The notes under the pieces: generated by a model | Seen by the model: only the letters and a program-made list of their open reading frames with translations | Databases searched by the model: none | Told to the model about the DNA's origin: nothing | Program-made: the position numbers and the translations under genes | Origin: Terriglobia bacterium | GTDB taxonomy: Bacteria > Acidobacteriota > Terriglobia > 20CM-2-55-15 | NCBI GenBank assembly: GCA_965198225.1 | Contig: CBDAOY010000008.1 | Span: 896,001-960,000, forward strand | Reading direction: 5' to 3' | Length of the DNA: 64,000 nucleotides | Shown here: piece after piece, positions 1 to 8,914 of the stretch | Numbering within the stretch: the first letter of the stretch is position 1 | How the letters are laid out: the number at the start of each line of letters is the position of its first letter

Positions 1-358
1 CGGCCAGACCATGCAAATAGAGTTCTGGAATCAAGTCTCGTACCTCTTGCGTCCGCTTGGCAAACAGCGGCAAGACCCGGCTCTCAAAACGCTCTTCCAG
101 ATCCCGCACTCGGGGACGCCGCAGCTTGATCGTTCCGCAACTCAGCGTCAGTCGCCGCTCCTTACCGTAGCCGTTGCGATAGCCCCCGGGTGCGTCCACT
201 TCTCGGCGACGCTCATTCTTTCTTCGTCCCAGCAGCTGTGTCACTTCATCCTCCAACAGTTCCTGTACGTAAAACTGGATCTGCTCTCGCACCCACTCTT
301 CCAGCTGTTCAAAGCAGACTCTTGACTCCACACTTCGATCAATGTTCTTCTTGCTCAT
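1..358 (-). CDS. IS256-family (Mutator) transposase, N-terminal part, truncated by the window edge
   Basis: Manual translation: MSKKNIDR...EDEVTQLLGR...GYRNGYGKERRLTLSCGTIKLRRPRVRD...FESRVLPLF...ELYLHGLA; SD AAGGAAGGAG upstream; not in the ORF track. Confidence 0.9.
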   Translation of the reverse strand, partial: MSKKNIDRSVESRVCFEQLEEWVREQIQFYVQELLEDEVTQLLGRRKNERRREVDAPGGYRNGYGKERRLTLSCGTIKLRRPRVRDLEERFESRVLPLFAKRTQEVRDLIPELYLHGLA

Positions 359-461
359 GGCGGTGTGACTCCTTCCTTTCGGGCTCTTCCGCCCGGGTTT
401 TTATTTCACCCGGAAGGATAATCACCGCCTATGCTATTTACACACCTTTTGAGGGTAGCTC
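1..461 (-). mobile_element. IS256-family insertion sequence, left end (element continues beyond window start)
   Basis: Transposase N-terminus on the minus strand, plus an IS256-like terminus ATTTACACACCTTTTGAGGGTAGCTC ending at 461. Confidence 0.85.
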
Positions 462-601
462 GAAGACCCCGCTCACGAATGCCGCGGGAGTTCGTTCGAC
501 TCCGAATCCAAGATGCTAGGTCAGACGGTTTTCGCTGCTAGTTATTCTGGATTTAGAAAACACCGAGGTGTGTGTTCCGCGTTAATTAACCCCATTTTAG
601 C

Positions 602-1618
602 TCAAATCCAGGGATTCTTACTCAGTATTTTGGCGGTCGTTTCGTTGAGAGTGAGGGCGAGAACGTCGGCCATTAGCTGTTTGTTCAGGTAGTACTTCAG
701 GTTCGCCTCGATGAACTTGAGACAATCCGCGATCTGTATCAAACGGTCGATCGTAACCCGGGATGCCGACTCCCGGAGTCGGACCTCTATGTCGACGTTC
801 ACAAGGCGGTCGTCGAGTCCTTCCGAGAGAAAGATCAAGTCTGAGACGAGGACCCCCAGAATGCGCAGGCGCTCCTTGTAATCCTCTTTCGCACGACCCA
901 GTTCAGCACTGAGGGTCAGCAGACCGGCAAGTTCTGCCTCCCGAGCGGTCATCGCCGTCTCCAGAAACTCCAGCATCGCCGTTCGGCTTTCTCGGAGCGA
1001 GTCCGCATCGGTTCGAAGGGCGCGGCCGATGCTGCCCTGGGACCAGCGGACGACGAGTTCATCCTCGACGCCGCATCGACGAATCTCATCCAGCGTAAGG
1101 GGGGAGAAGTGATAGATCTGACTTCGGGACCGGATCGTCGGCAGCAGATCGTGCGCATTCTGGGTAATCAGGATGAAGTAGGTTCGCGGCGGAGGCTCTT
1201 CCAGCGCTTTCAGAAGGGCATTCGAGGCTCCGGGGCCCATCCGCTCCGCCGGGTCGATCAGGAAGAGTTTCGCCGCCCCTTCCAATGGCTCCAGGTTCAA
1301 CATCGGCAGGAGATTACGCACCTGTTCGATCTTGATCTGACTCGCATCGGCCGCGACGCTGATCGCAAACACGTCGGGGTGCGACCCGGCATCGACCTTG
1401 TGGCACGGCCGACAACGGCCACACGGAGCGACGCCCCCCTCTTCGCAGTTCAGCATTCTGGCGATGCGCAGAGCGCAAGTTCGTTTGCCGATTCCTTCCG
1501 GTCCGGAAAATATCATCGCGTGGGGCAGCCTCCCCGCCTCGAGCTTGGCCTCAAGACGATCGAGGACGTTGGCGTTGCCTACGAAGCCGAGACCTGTCCC
1601 GGGCGGAAGATCAGGCAT
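602..1618 (-). CDS. holB: DNA polymerase III subunit delta'
   Basis: HAMIFSGPEGIGK, Zn motif CGRCRPC, NALLKALEEPP, LLPTIRSRSQ; follows tmk. Confidence 0.93.
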   Translation of the reverse strand: MPDLPPGTGLGFVGNANVLDRLEAKLEAGRLPHAMIFSGPEGIGKRTCALRIARMLNCEEGGVAPCGRCRPCHKVDAGSHPDVFAISVAADASQIKIEQVRNLLPMLNLEPLEGAAKLFLIDPAERMGPGASNALLKALEEPPPRTYFILITQNAHDLLPTIRSRSQIYHFSPLTLDEIRRCGVEDELVVRWSQGSIGRALRTDADSLRESRTAMLEFLETAMTAREAELAGLLTLSAELGRAKEDYKERLRILGVLVSDLIFLSEGLDDRLVNVDIEVRLRESASRVTIDRLIQIADCLKFIEANLKYYLNKQLMADVLALTLNETTAKILSKNPWI

Positions 1619-2252
1619 TGGAGTCGAGCTCCAGCAGTCTCGCGATATCGTCGGCGACCTCTTCGATGGAACCGCCGGCCGGTATCACCCGGATTCGATC
1701 AGGATTTCGTTCGGCCAACTCCAGGTATCCCTGTCGAATACGGCCGTAAAAGGAGAGATCTTCACCTTCGAATCGTCCTTCGTCCTCAACCTGGCCGCTG
1801 TTCCGGGCACGAGCCCGCGTCAAGCCGGTCTCAGGATCGACGTCGAGCAGGATGGTTACATCAGGTCGATACTCGGCACACACCAGATCGGTCAGCTTCT
1901 CGATGAATTCCAACGGAAGCCCACGACCGTATCCCTGGTAGGCCATCGACGCGTCGTAGTATCGGTCGCAGATGACCATCTCGCCCCGCTTCAGGGCAGG
2001 CACGATCTTCTCGTGGATGTTCTGGCTGCGCGACGCATAGAAGAGCAGGAGCTCGGCCGCCGCAGTGAGGCTGATCGTTTCGGAATTCAGGAGAATCTTG
2101 CGGATACCTTCGCCGACAGCCGTTCCTCCCGGCTCCCGGGTGACGGTGTGAGGGAGGGATCGTTCATCCAGCAGGGCTGAAAGCTTCAAGATCTGTGTCG
2201 TCTTGCCACAGCCCTCAATCCCCTCAAAGCTGACGAACAGACCCGGCCTCAT
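1611..2252 (-). CDS. tmk: Thymidylate kinase
   Basis: FEGIEGCGKTT P-loop, TREPGGT, DRYYDASMAYQG; start placed at MRPGLF. Confidence 0.95.
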   Translation of the reverse strand: MRPGLFVSFEGIEGCGKTTQILKLSALLDERSLPHTVTREPGGTAVGEGIRKILLNSETISLTAAAELLLFYASRSQNIHEKIVPALKRGEMVICDRYYDASMAYQGYGRGLPLEFIEKLTDLVCAEYRPDVTILLDVDPETGLTRARARNSGQVEDEGRFEGEDLSFYGRIRQGYLELAERNPDRIRVIPAGGSIEEVADDIARLLELDSNA

Positions 2253-3414
2253 AGGCCGGGTATTGTACCAGAACCTCGGCGGTCTCCAGGGCGCGCTGGA
2301 ACTCCTCAGACACATCCAGTCTCTGCTCTACATCCTCTATTTTATTGAGGTTAGCGCGAGTTTCAGGATGCTTCGGGACGAACATCGAGCAGCAATCCTG
2401 ATCGGGAAGAATCGAAATCTCATAGCTGCCGATCCGGCGTCCGACGGAAACGATTTCCTCCTTGTCCGTGCCCACGAGAGGCCGCAGGACCGGCATGGCC
2501 ACCGCTCGGGTAATGACGTCAATGTTTTCCAGCGTTTGCGAGGCCACCTGACCCAGACTGTCTCCCGTCACAAGAACTCGCGCTTTCTCCCTGAAGGCGA
2601 TCTTCTCGGCCAGGCGCATCATGTAGCGCCGGTACAGGATCACGCGGGTTTCCAACGGCGTTTCGACCATGATCTTCCTCTGGATATCCGCAAAGGGAAC
2701 CAGATAAATGCGGGATCGCAGTTGGTTGTGTGCCAGGAGCGTCGCAACCTGCTTCGCCTTTTCCTGCGATTCTTTGTTCGTGTACGGAAAACTGTGAAAG
2801 TGGACGAACGTGGCGGTGCATCCGCGCCGAATCATCTTCCACGCGGCGACAGGGGAATCGATTCCTCCAGAGAGGAGGACGACGATCTTGCCGCCGGTGT
2901 GCGCCGGCAACCCTCCCGGACCTTCGAGCCTGTCGAAGAAAATCAAGGCCCGTCCCTCGACCAGCTCGATGCGGCAACAGAGTTCGGCATTCTCCAGATC
3001 GACCCTGGCTCGGGAACGATCGTTGACGTAGGCGCCTACCGCCTGGTTGACTTCCATCGAGTTCATCCCGAAGCGCTTGTCCGAACGACGAGTGTCGATG
3101 CGGAAGGATGCGAAAGAGATCGGCTCCAACAGCCGCCAGACAGACCGGCACAGAACGCCGATCTCCCAATCCACCGACCAGGCCTCGGCGTAGTAGGCGA
3201 TTCCGACAACCTTCCGAAGTCGGCGTTTGACCTCGGAAGCGTCGATGTCGCCCTCGAGTTCGAGAAGGAACCGGCCAGAGATTCGACGAACCCGCGCCAC
3301 GCCGCATCCTTCCAGAGTGGCGTCGACATTACGACAGAGGCGTTTCTCGAAGTAGTCGCGGTTACCCTTTTTGAGCCCCAGTTCACTGTAATGAATGACG
3401 ATGAGGCGACGCAT
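2224..3414 (-). CDS. thiI: tRNA 4-thiouridine synthase ThiI (no rhodanese domain)
   Basis: YSELGLKKGNR, THUMP domain, LLSGGIDSPVA PP-loop, GQVASQTLEN, DCC. Confidence 0.95.
   Translation of the reverse strand: MRRLIVIHYSELGLKKGNRDYFEKRLCRNVDATLEGCGVARVRRISGRFLLELEGDIDASEVKRRLRKVVGIAYYAEAWSVDWEIGVLCRSVWRLLEPISFASFRIDTRRSDKRFGMNSMEVNQAVGAYVNDRSRARVDLENAELCCRIELVEGRALIFFDRLEGPGGLPAHTGGKIVVLLSGGIDSPVAAWKMIRRGCTATFVHFHSFPYTNKESQEKAKQVATLLAHNQLRSRIYLVPFADIQRKIMVETPLETRVILYRRYMMRLAEKIAFREKARVLVTGDSLGQVASQTLENIDVITRAVAMPVLRPLVGTDKEEIVSVGRRIGSYEISILPDQDCCSMFVPKHPETRANLNKIEDVEQRLDVSEEFQRALETAEVLVQYPAYEAGSVRQL
2262..2270 (-). promoter_or_regulatory. Extended -10 (TGG-TACAAT) 9 nt before the tmk ATG
   Basis: Matches TGn-TAnnnT; no SD between it and the start codon. 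Confidence 0.55.
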
Positions 3415-3555
3415 TACTGGAGAATTATGCACCAAATGTGGTAAGAAAGTTAATCAGCGTACGTGCATATGGGGGTTTGCGCTGAAGATCTGAGGTAGGT
3501 CCTCCCGTCCCCCTTCCAATCCCAGGCGCGTGCACAAGGAGAGGTCCCAAACGCC

Positions 3556-4419
3556 ATGAGAGCCATCTGGAAGGGTAACATCAGCTTTGCGCTGGTGACG
3601 ATCCCCATTTCGATCTTCAGTGCCACACGTTCGAGCGACGTTTCGTTCAAGTACCTGCACAAGAAGGATCTCAGCAAGGTCTCCTACAAACGATTCTGTG
3701 AGGCGGAGGACAAGGAAGTCGCCTGGGAGGAGATCACGCGGGGATACGAGTACGAGAAGGGTCGCTTCGTCGAGATTAGTGACGAAGAGCTGAAGCAGGT
3801 CAACGTTGAACTCACACGAACGATCCAGATCATCGAGTTCGTCGATGAAAAAGAGATCGATCCCCTGTATTTCGACAAGCCGTATTATCTGGAGCCCCAG
3901 AAGGGGGGGGAACGGGCGTACGCTCTAATGCGGGACGCACTCGCCAGGGCGGGGAAGATCGGTGTGGCCCGCGTGGTCCTCAAGTCAAAGGAGCACCTGG
4001 CCGCCGTCAAGCCCGTCGGCAAGATGATCACGATGCAGACGATGCGTTTCGCGCACGAGATCGTCGACACGTCTGAATTGAACCTGCCGGACGTCAAAAA
4101 TGTGTCCAAGAAAGAGATGTCTCTGGCGAATACTCTGATCGACACGATGTGCGACACCTTCGACCCGGAGAAATACAAGGACGAATACCGGGGCCAGTTG
4201 CTGGACATCATTCAGAAGAAGGTCGACGGCGTCGCGCCGGCAGTCGCGGTGACGACGCGCCGGACCCCCGGGAAAGTGGTCGATCTGATGGAAGTGTTGA
4301 AGCAGAGCCTGGAGGAAAAGAAGAAAGCTCCACGACGCTCGGCGAAAGAGAAAACTGTCGCGGCGCGTGCCCGGACCGGCCGCACAAAGACCAAAGCGAA
4401 AGCCAAGTCGAAGAAGTGA
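3556..4419 (+). CDS. ku: Non-homologous end-joining protein Ku
   Basis: MRAIWKGNISFALVTIPI, RGYEYEKG, IDPLYFDKPYYL, basic C-terminal tail. Confidence 0.95.
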   Translation: MRAIWKGNISFALVTIPISIFSATRSSDVSFKYLHKKDLSKVSYKRFCEAEDKEVAWEEITRGYEYEKGRFVEISDEELKQVNVELTRTIQIIEFVDEKEIDPLYFDKPYYLEPQKGGERAYALMRDALARAGKIGVARVVLKSKEHLAAVKPVGKMITMQTMRFAHEIVDTSELNLPDVKNVSKKEMSLANTLIDTMCDTFDPEKYKDEYRGQLLDIIQKKVDGVAPAVAVTTRRTPGKVVDLMEVLKQSLEEKKKAPRRSAKEKTVAARARTGRTKTKAKAKSKK

Positions 4420-5075
4420 GTCAGGTTCGAGAGAATTACCGACGCCTCCTCGATCGGATCGGGGAGGCGTCGCTGCGTTCAGGAAGGAAACCGGAAGCCG
4501 TTCGCCTGATCGGAGTAAGTAAACGGGTGACCGTCGAGCGAGTTCGCGAGGCGGTCGAAGCGGGTTTGACGAACATCGGTGAGAATCGCGTTCAGGAGGC
4601 CCAGGAAAAATTTTCGCTCATGTCGGATCTCTCCGTCACCCGACACCTTATCGGCCATCTTCAATCCAACAAAGCCAGGAGCGCCCTACAGCTGTTCAGC
4701 TGGATCCAGTCTCTCGACAGCAGGTCGCTTGCCCGACGCCTCGATCGGCTGGCACCGGAGCCAACACCTGTCCTGATCCAGGTCAAGCTTGCTTCCGAGA
4801 ACACCAAGGCGGGCGCTGAAGAGTCCGATCTGGCGGGCCTTGTCGAGACCGTTCGTTCAGCGGAGAATCTCCAACTGCGGGGTTTGATGGCGATTCCGCC
4901 TTTCTTCCCCGATGGCGAGCAGATGCGGCCGTATTTTGCCCGGCTGCGAGGCCTAGCCGAGCGATACGGCGTGGTTGAAATCTCGATGGGCATGAGCCAC
5001 GATTTCGAGATCGCCATCGAAGAAGGTGCGACCATGGTTCGTGTCGGCACGGCGCTTTTCGGAGAGCGGGCGTGA
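4416..5075 (+). CDS. yggS: PLP homeostasis protein YggS
   Basis: LIGVSK, GENRVQE, HLIGHLQSNK, SMGMSHDFEIAIEEGATMVRVGTALFG; GTG start overlaps the ku stop. Confidence 0.95.
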   Translation: MSQVRENYRRLLDRIGEASLRSGRKPEAVRLIGVSKRVTVERVREAVEAGLTNIGENRVQEAQEKFSLMSDLSVTRHLIGHLQSNKARSALQLFSWIQSLDSRSLARRLDRLAPEPTPVLIQVKLASENTKAGAEESDLAGLVETVRSAENLQLRGLMAIPPFFPDGEQMRPYFARLRGLAERYGVVEISMGMSHDFEIAIEEGATMVRVGTALFGERA

Positions 5076-5350
5076 GACTCCTCGTTCGGGTGATTCCGAA
5101 CGCCCCGAAGACCGCGATCACAGGGACGCGGGGAGGCGAGATGGTCTTGCGGGTCAACGCCCCGGCCTCCGGCGGCAAAGCGAATCGGGCGGCAAGCCGG
5201 TTTCTCGCCCGCATGCTCGGGGTCTCTGCGTCTTCGATCCATCTGGTTTCGGGAGAAAAGAGTAGACACAAAAAATTCGAGATTGTAGGCTTGGAACCCG
5301 GCGAAATCAGGGAGAAACTCACCGATCTCCTCGGCTCGAATCCCTTGTAG
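5072..5350 (+). CDS. yggU: DUF167/YggU family protein
   Basis: VRVIPNA, APASGGKAN, LVSGEKSRHK; adjacent to yggS. Confidence 0.88.
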   Translation: MRLLVRVIPNAPKTAITGTRGGEMVLRVNAPASGGKANRAASRFLARMLGVSASSIHLVSGEKSRHKKFEIVGLEPGEIREKLTDLLGSNPL

Positions 5351-5362
5351 ATAAAGCAGTTA

Positions 5363-5803
5363 ATGGCAAACGAACCACCACCCAAGGCCGAACCCCCTGC
5401 ACCGGTAGAACCCCCGACGCCTCGAAAGCCGATGAATCTGGCGCCCACGCTGGCGATCTGCGCCTCGGGGTGGCTGTTGCCGGGGATCGGACACATCGTC
5501 CTGCGTCGCTGGGCCCGGGGCACGCTCTTCATGCTGGCCGTGATGGTGATGTTCGCTCTTGGCGTCGCGATGCAGGGGAAACTCTACGACCCCACCCCGG
5601 AACAACCCCTCCACATCTTCGCTTTCATCGCGAACCTGGGGGTCGGCATGCCTTACATCGTCGCTCAACGCCTCGGCTACGGAGCGGGCTTGATTTCTGC
5701 TCCGAGCTACGATTATGGAAGCACCTACCTTTGGGTGTCGGGCCTGCTCAACTACCTCATCGTGCTCGACGTGTTCGACGTGGCCCGGGGGCGGAAGCCA
5801 TGA
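5363..5803 (+). CDS. Conserved membrane protein (DUF6677-like)
   Basis: WLLPGIGH motif, TM segments, YLWVSGLLNYLIVLD. Confidence 0.75.
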   Translation: MANEPPPKAEPPAPVEPPTPRKPMNLAPTLAICASGWLLPGIGHIVLRRWARGTLFMLAVMVMFALGVAMQGKLYDPTPEQPLHIFAFIANLGVGMPYIVAQRLGYGAGLISAPSYDYGSTYLWVSGLLNYLIVLDVFDVARGRKP

Positions 5804-5976
5804 ACCTCTCGCACTTCGAGGCGCTGTTCATCTTTGCGTTGATCGTCTCGGTTGTCTTCGCTCTGATCAACAAGACGACTCCGATCGAGCAGCTCAAATA
5901 CGGGGCGCTGGTATTCCTTTCCTTCGTCGGTGTCGGTTTCTTCGTCGGCTGGTTTATGTTTCCCTTTCCATTCTGA
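5800..5976 (+). CDS. Small two-TM membrane protein
   Basis: MNLSHFEALFIFALIVSVVF...GWFMFPFPF; ATGA overlap with the upstream gene. Confidence 0.7.
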   Translation: MNLSHFEALFIFALIVSVVFALINKTTPIEQLKYGALVFLSFVGVGFFVGWFMFPFPF

Positions 5977-6216
5977 GCGGTGGTTCGATGAGCAAGTGTT
6001 TACTGTCATACACCGCCCTGTACGGGTTAGATGAATCGGTGGGTCCTGCAGAAGTCCGCGCCGCGTCAATTCCGATCAACGCTAGGGATTTATTCGGGAC
6101 TTGAGAATCATTTTCGAGGCTGTTCAGGTAAAGAAACTCGCGTATCGCGGTAGGAATGCCAGTCTCCCGGCACCACCCGCGCAGATCCGGACGTGCGGAA
6201 TTCCCGCATCCGGCTC

Positions 6217-6388
6217 CTACCTCGGATGGTTGGCGGCAAAGCGGCGATCCGGATAAGGATGTAAGACACGGGGTTCAGGAATCCAGCGGTCTGAGATCCG
6301 GAGCATCCGAGTCCACGTCACGTGCCCGCGCTGGCTACGACGATACAAGTTCAATCGCTCCGCACAGCGCTCAGTCCCTGAGACACGA
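6217..6388 (-). pseudogene. Collapsed intron RT/maturase: first codons joined to the last ~45 codons
   Basis: Start-like VSQGLSAVR followed out of frame by the maturase tail RRSQRGHVTWTRMLRISDRWIPEPRVLHPYPDRRFAANHPR*. Confidence 0.8.
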
Positions 6389-6507
6389 ATATCTCCTGCT
6401 CTGTGTCGGGCTCGTGTGAGACCCGAGCGATGTTCTCCTTGGTCCGCGTCCTTCCCTCCCCAATCTCCGCCGAGTACGGGTCCTCTTTGTTCGGCTGGTT
6501 CACAGGT

Positions 6508-7484
6508 GTAGAGTCGAAAGTGGTCGGGCCGCAATCGGCCCTTCCACCGTCCGCTCAATCAAACGGCTCGTGCGGTTTTCCCGCAAGCCGCTTTCCTCAG
6601 TTGCTCCTCGTTCGGAATTCGCTGTGTGACCGGGGGCGGCAGGTGGCGGCTTCGTTCGTACCGCGTTTGGGTCTTTCGCTAAGGGAACTATCCAAGTTCA
6701 CGATATCTCCGCGTTTCCCATCGCTCGCACATTCACGACTGAGTACGGGGACTTCCCCCTCCAACGGGCCTTTTGGACCCGCCAGCGCCGCTGCTCGAAG
6801 CAACGATCCGAGACCTTATGTTTGCCGTCTCGTTCCTGAGTACTATTCCCCGATCCGATTCCTGAGCACCGCGTCGGCCGGAATTTCGCTCTCGCTTATA
6901 TCCGCACCTACCGCGCCAGGGCTCTAGGTCGATGTTTGTCTTCTCGGTTGCCCGCCCTTTCGTCTGCACCTACCGCGCAGGGCTCTAGGTCGATGTTTGT
7001 CTTCTCGGTTGCCCGCCCTTTCGTCTGCGGGTGCCACATCATCTCGACCTTACCTTCCGCCCGGACGATACCAGGCCTCCCTGGGTCACTCGCGTCTCTT
7101 CTCCACCGTGTCGCCCGCACACACCTTGGTGCGATGGGGTGGAACCAAATGCGCCTTCGCCCCCATAGTGCGGGCTCGACCATTCCCCATCTTTGGCCGA
7201 CCGGTTCATCCTCGGGATCGCTCCCTTCGATTACGACCCGGTGGTTCTCCTCATGCCCTTCAGACCCCACCTCGCGGTGGGCGCCCTGCCCTCCAAAGTT
7301 TCCGTAGGTGGCTCCAGCTCTGCCTTGTCCGTTTCCGGCTTTCGCCTTCGTGCCCGTTTAGGCATCTGCCATACCTGCCTACACTCCGGCCAGTGAGGCA
7401 TTACCCCCACTTGTTGGATATCGACCCGTGGCCTCGGGCCGAGCGGGACTTTAACCCGCCGGAAACGCGTGCTGCCAGGCACGC
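6508..7484 (-). mobile_element. ORF-less group II intron (inner), nested in the outer intron
   Basis: 5' end GCGTGCCTGGCAGCACGCG; fully paired DV AAGCGGCTTGCGGGAAAACCGCACGAGCCGTTT; DVI ending CGACTCTAC; removing it restores CATAGT|ACC of the outer intron. Confidence 0.85.
6904..7026. repeat. Tandem duplication, 62 + 61 bp, inside the inner intron
   Basis: GCACCTACCGCG(C)CAGGGCTCTAGGTCGATGTTTGTCTTCTCGGTTGCCCGCCCTTTCGTCT occurs twice and differs by one C. Confidence 0.95.
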
Positions 7485-7888
7485 ACTATGACGCGGTCTG
7501 ATCCCTCCAGAGCGTTCATGCCCGCATTGTGGCCTTGGCCTTTTCGGGCCGGCCTCGGTTTCGACTTCACCGAGGCACTTCGGAGGTCTCCCGGTTCTCG
7601 TGTATGTTGTTTCTCAGCGTGCGCGGGGTCTTAGACTACGCAGGACCGACAAGCCACTTGCGTTTAACGCAGCCCATCGTGTTGCCTTCCGCGACCGTAA
7701 AAGCGTCGGCATCCTGATCTCGTACCCTTTTCGAAGCTCAATAGCCCAGCCCACTGATACCTCTGTCTACGCTTCAAGCGCCACCTCACGATGACAGCCC
7801 GCAAGACTCGAGGCCAGGATGGATTCGCTATCCCCTTTCCTGTACGACTCTTTCATTCGCGACAACATACCGGTTTATCCTGGCGTAC

Positions 7889-7930
7889 TACGGCACCGGC
7901 ACCGTTCCTTCAGTTCTTCAAACCAGCCGT
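7889..7930 (-). pseudogene. C-terminal relic of an acidobacterial-type Ser/Thr kinase or PD40 protein
   Basis: TGG TTT GAA GAA CTG AAG GAA CG(G) GTG CCG GTG CCG TA = WFEELKER(V)PVP* with one G missing; recognised from memory. Confidence 0.5.
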
Positions 7931-8095
7931 GCCCTAGTTTCGCAAGACTCGGCCGAGCGCTTCAATCTCAGCGAGGCCCCGCATCGCTGCCAGCGTTACC
8001 TTCGCCCTTGAATGCAGCAGAAATATTCCGTCCCTTTGCCATTCGCGTAAGGTCTGCTCATCTGTGCGGAGACCATTTGAGAATGCCGTCTGAAT

Positions 8096-8914
8096 CTACC
8101 TCCGACTTTTGGAAATCGCTGTAGAAGTCGGCGAACGCAACTCCCGAACGATCCCGAACAGACTCAGGATCCTCAAGACGTAGTACGTTATGTCAATCTC
8201 CCACCATCGCAAACCGTGCCGGGCACTATACATAAACCGGTGGTGATTGTTATGCCAGCCGTCTCCCAGTGTGATCAGCGCGACGAAGCGATTGTTCCGA
8301 CTTTGGTCTCCCGTTTCAAACGGCCTGGATCCCCAGACATGCGCGAGGGAATTAATTGAAAACGTGGAGTGCCACAGCACAACAGTCGAAACAACAAATC
8401 CCCAGAGGAAAACGGGATAGCCTCCCGCCGCAAACACGGCAGCACCAAACAAGAGAGCAGGGACACTGTGGTATCTGTTCAAGAGCCTGAGTTCCGGAAA
8501 CTTTTCGAAATCCTGCATGATGCGGCTGTCATATCCACTGGACTCACCGGAAAGAAGCCATCCGATATGCGACCACCAAAGGCTACCGCGTACTGGAGAA
8601 TGGATATCTTCCTCGGAATCCGAGTAGCGATGGTGCACGCGATGATGTGCCGCCCACCACAACACGCCCCTTTGCCCGCCGGTCTGGGCGAGGAAGGCTA
8701 AAACAAACTGAGAAAGGCGATTGAGCCTGAAGGCACGATGGCTGAAGTACCGATGATAACCGGCCGTGATTGCGAACATTCGAATGCCATAGCTGATGGC
8801 GAACCAGCCAAGGTAAGACCACTTGAACGGCGTCCACAACAAAAGCAGGCACGCGGCATGCATCGGGACAAAGGAAACAATTGCATCGAAATGAAATCGT
8901 CTAACTCGCGTCAT
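8096..8914 (-). CDS. Membrane acyl-CoA/acyl-lipid delta-9-type fatty acid desaturase
   Basis: Three His boxes HRYFSH, HRVHH and HNNHH; start placed at MTRVRRF, as the longer upstream ORF is unlikely to be coding. Confidence 0.92.
   Translation of the reverse strand: MTRVRRFHFDAIVSFVPMHAACLLLLWTPFKWSYLGWFAISYGIRMFAITAGYHRYFSHRAFRLNRLSQFVLAFLAQTGGQRGVLWWAAHHRVHHRYSDSEEDIHSPVRGSLWWSHIGWLLSGESSGYDSRIMQDFEKFPELRLLNRYHSVPALLFGAAVFAAGGYPVFLWGFVVSTVVLWHSTFSINSLAHVWGSRPFETGDQSRNNRFVALITLGDGWHNNHHRFMYSARHGLRWWEIDITYYVLRILSLFGIVRELRSPTSTAISKSRR

Larger units (their letters stand above)
6144..7888 (-). mobile_element. ORF-less group II intron (outer), interrupted by a second intron
   Basis: 5' end GTACGCCAGGATAAACCGG at 7888; DV GAGCCGGATGCGGGAATTCCGCACGTCCGGATC; DVI ending CCTACCGCGAT at 6144; RT remnant in DIV. 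Confidence 0.88.

Noticed and set aside
462-520. GTTCGACTCC resembling a tRNA T-loop beside the IS end
   Set aside because: No acceptor, D or anticodon stems can be built
3450-3555. Possible structured RNA upstream of ku
   Set aside because: Only weak G/C-run pairing and no recognisable family motif
6904-7026. Direct repeats as a possible CRISPR array
   Set aside because: Two abutting 61-62 bp copies with no spacer and no cas genes
6156-7794. Many short ORFs on both strands
   Set aside because: They are translations of group II intron RNA or its antisense; only the RT relic is meaningful
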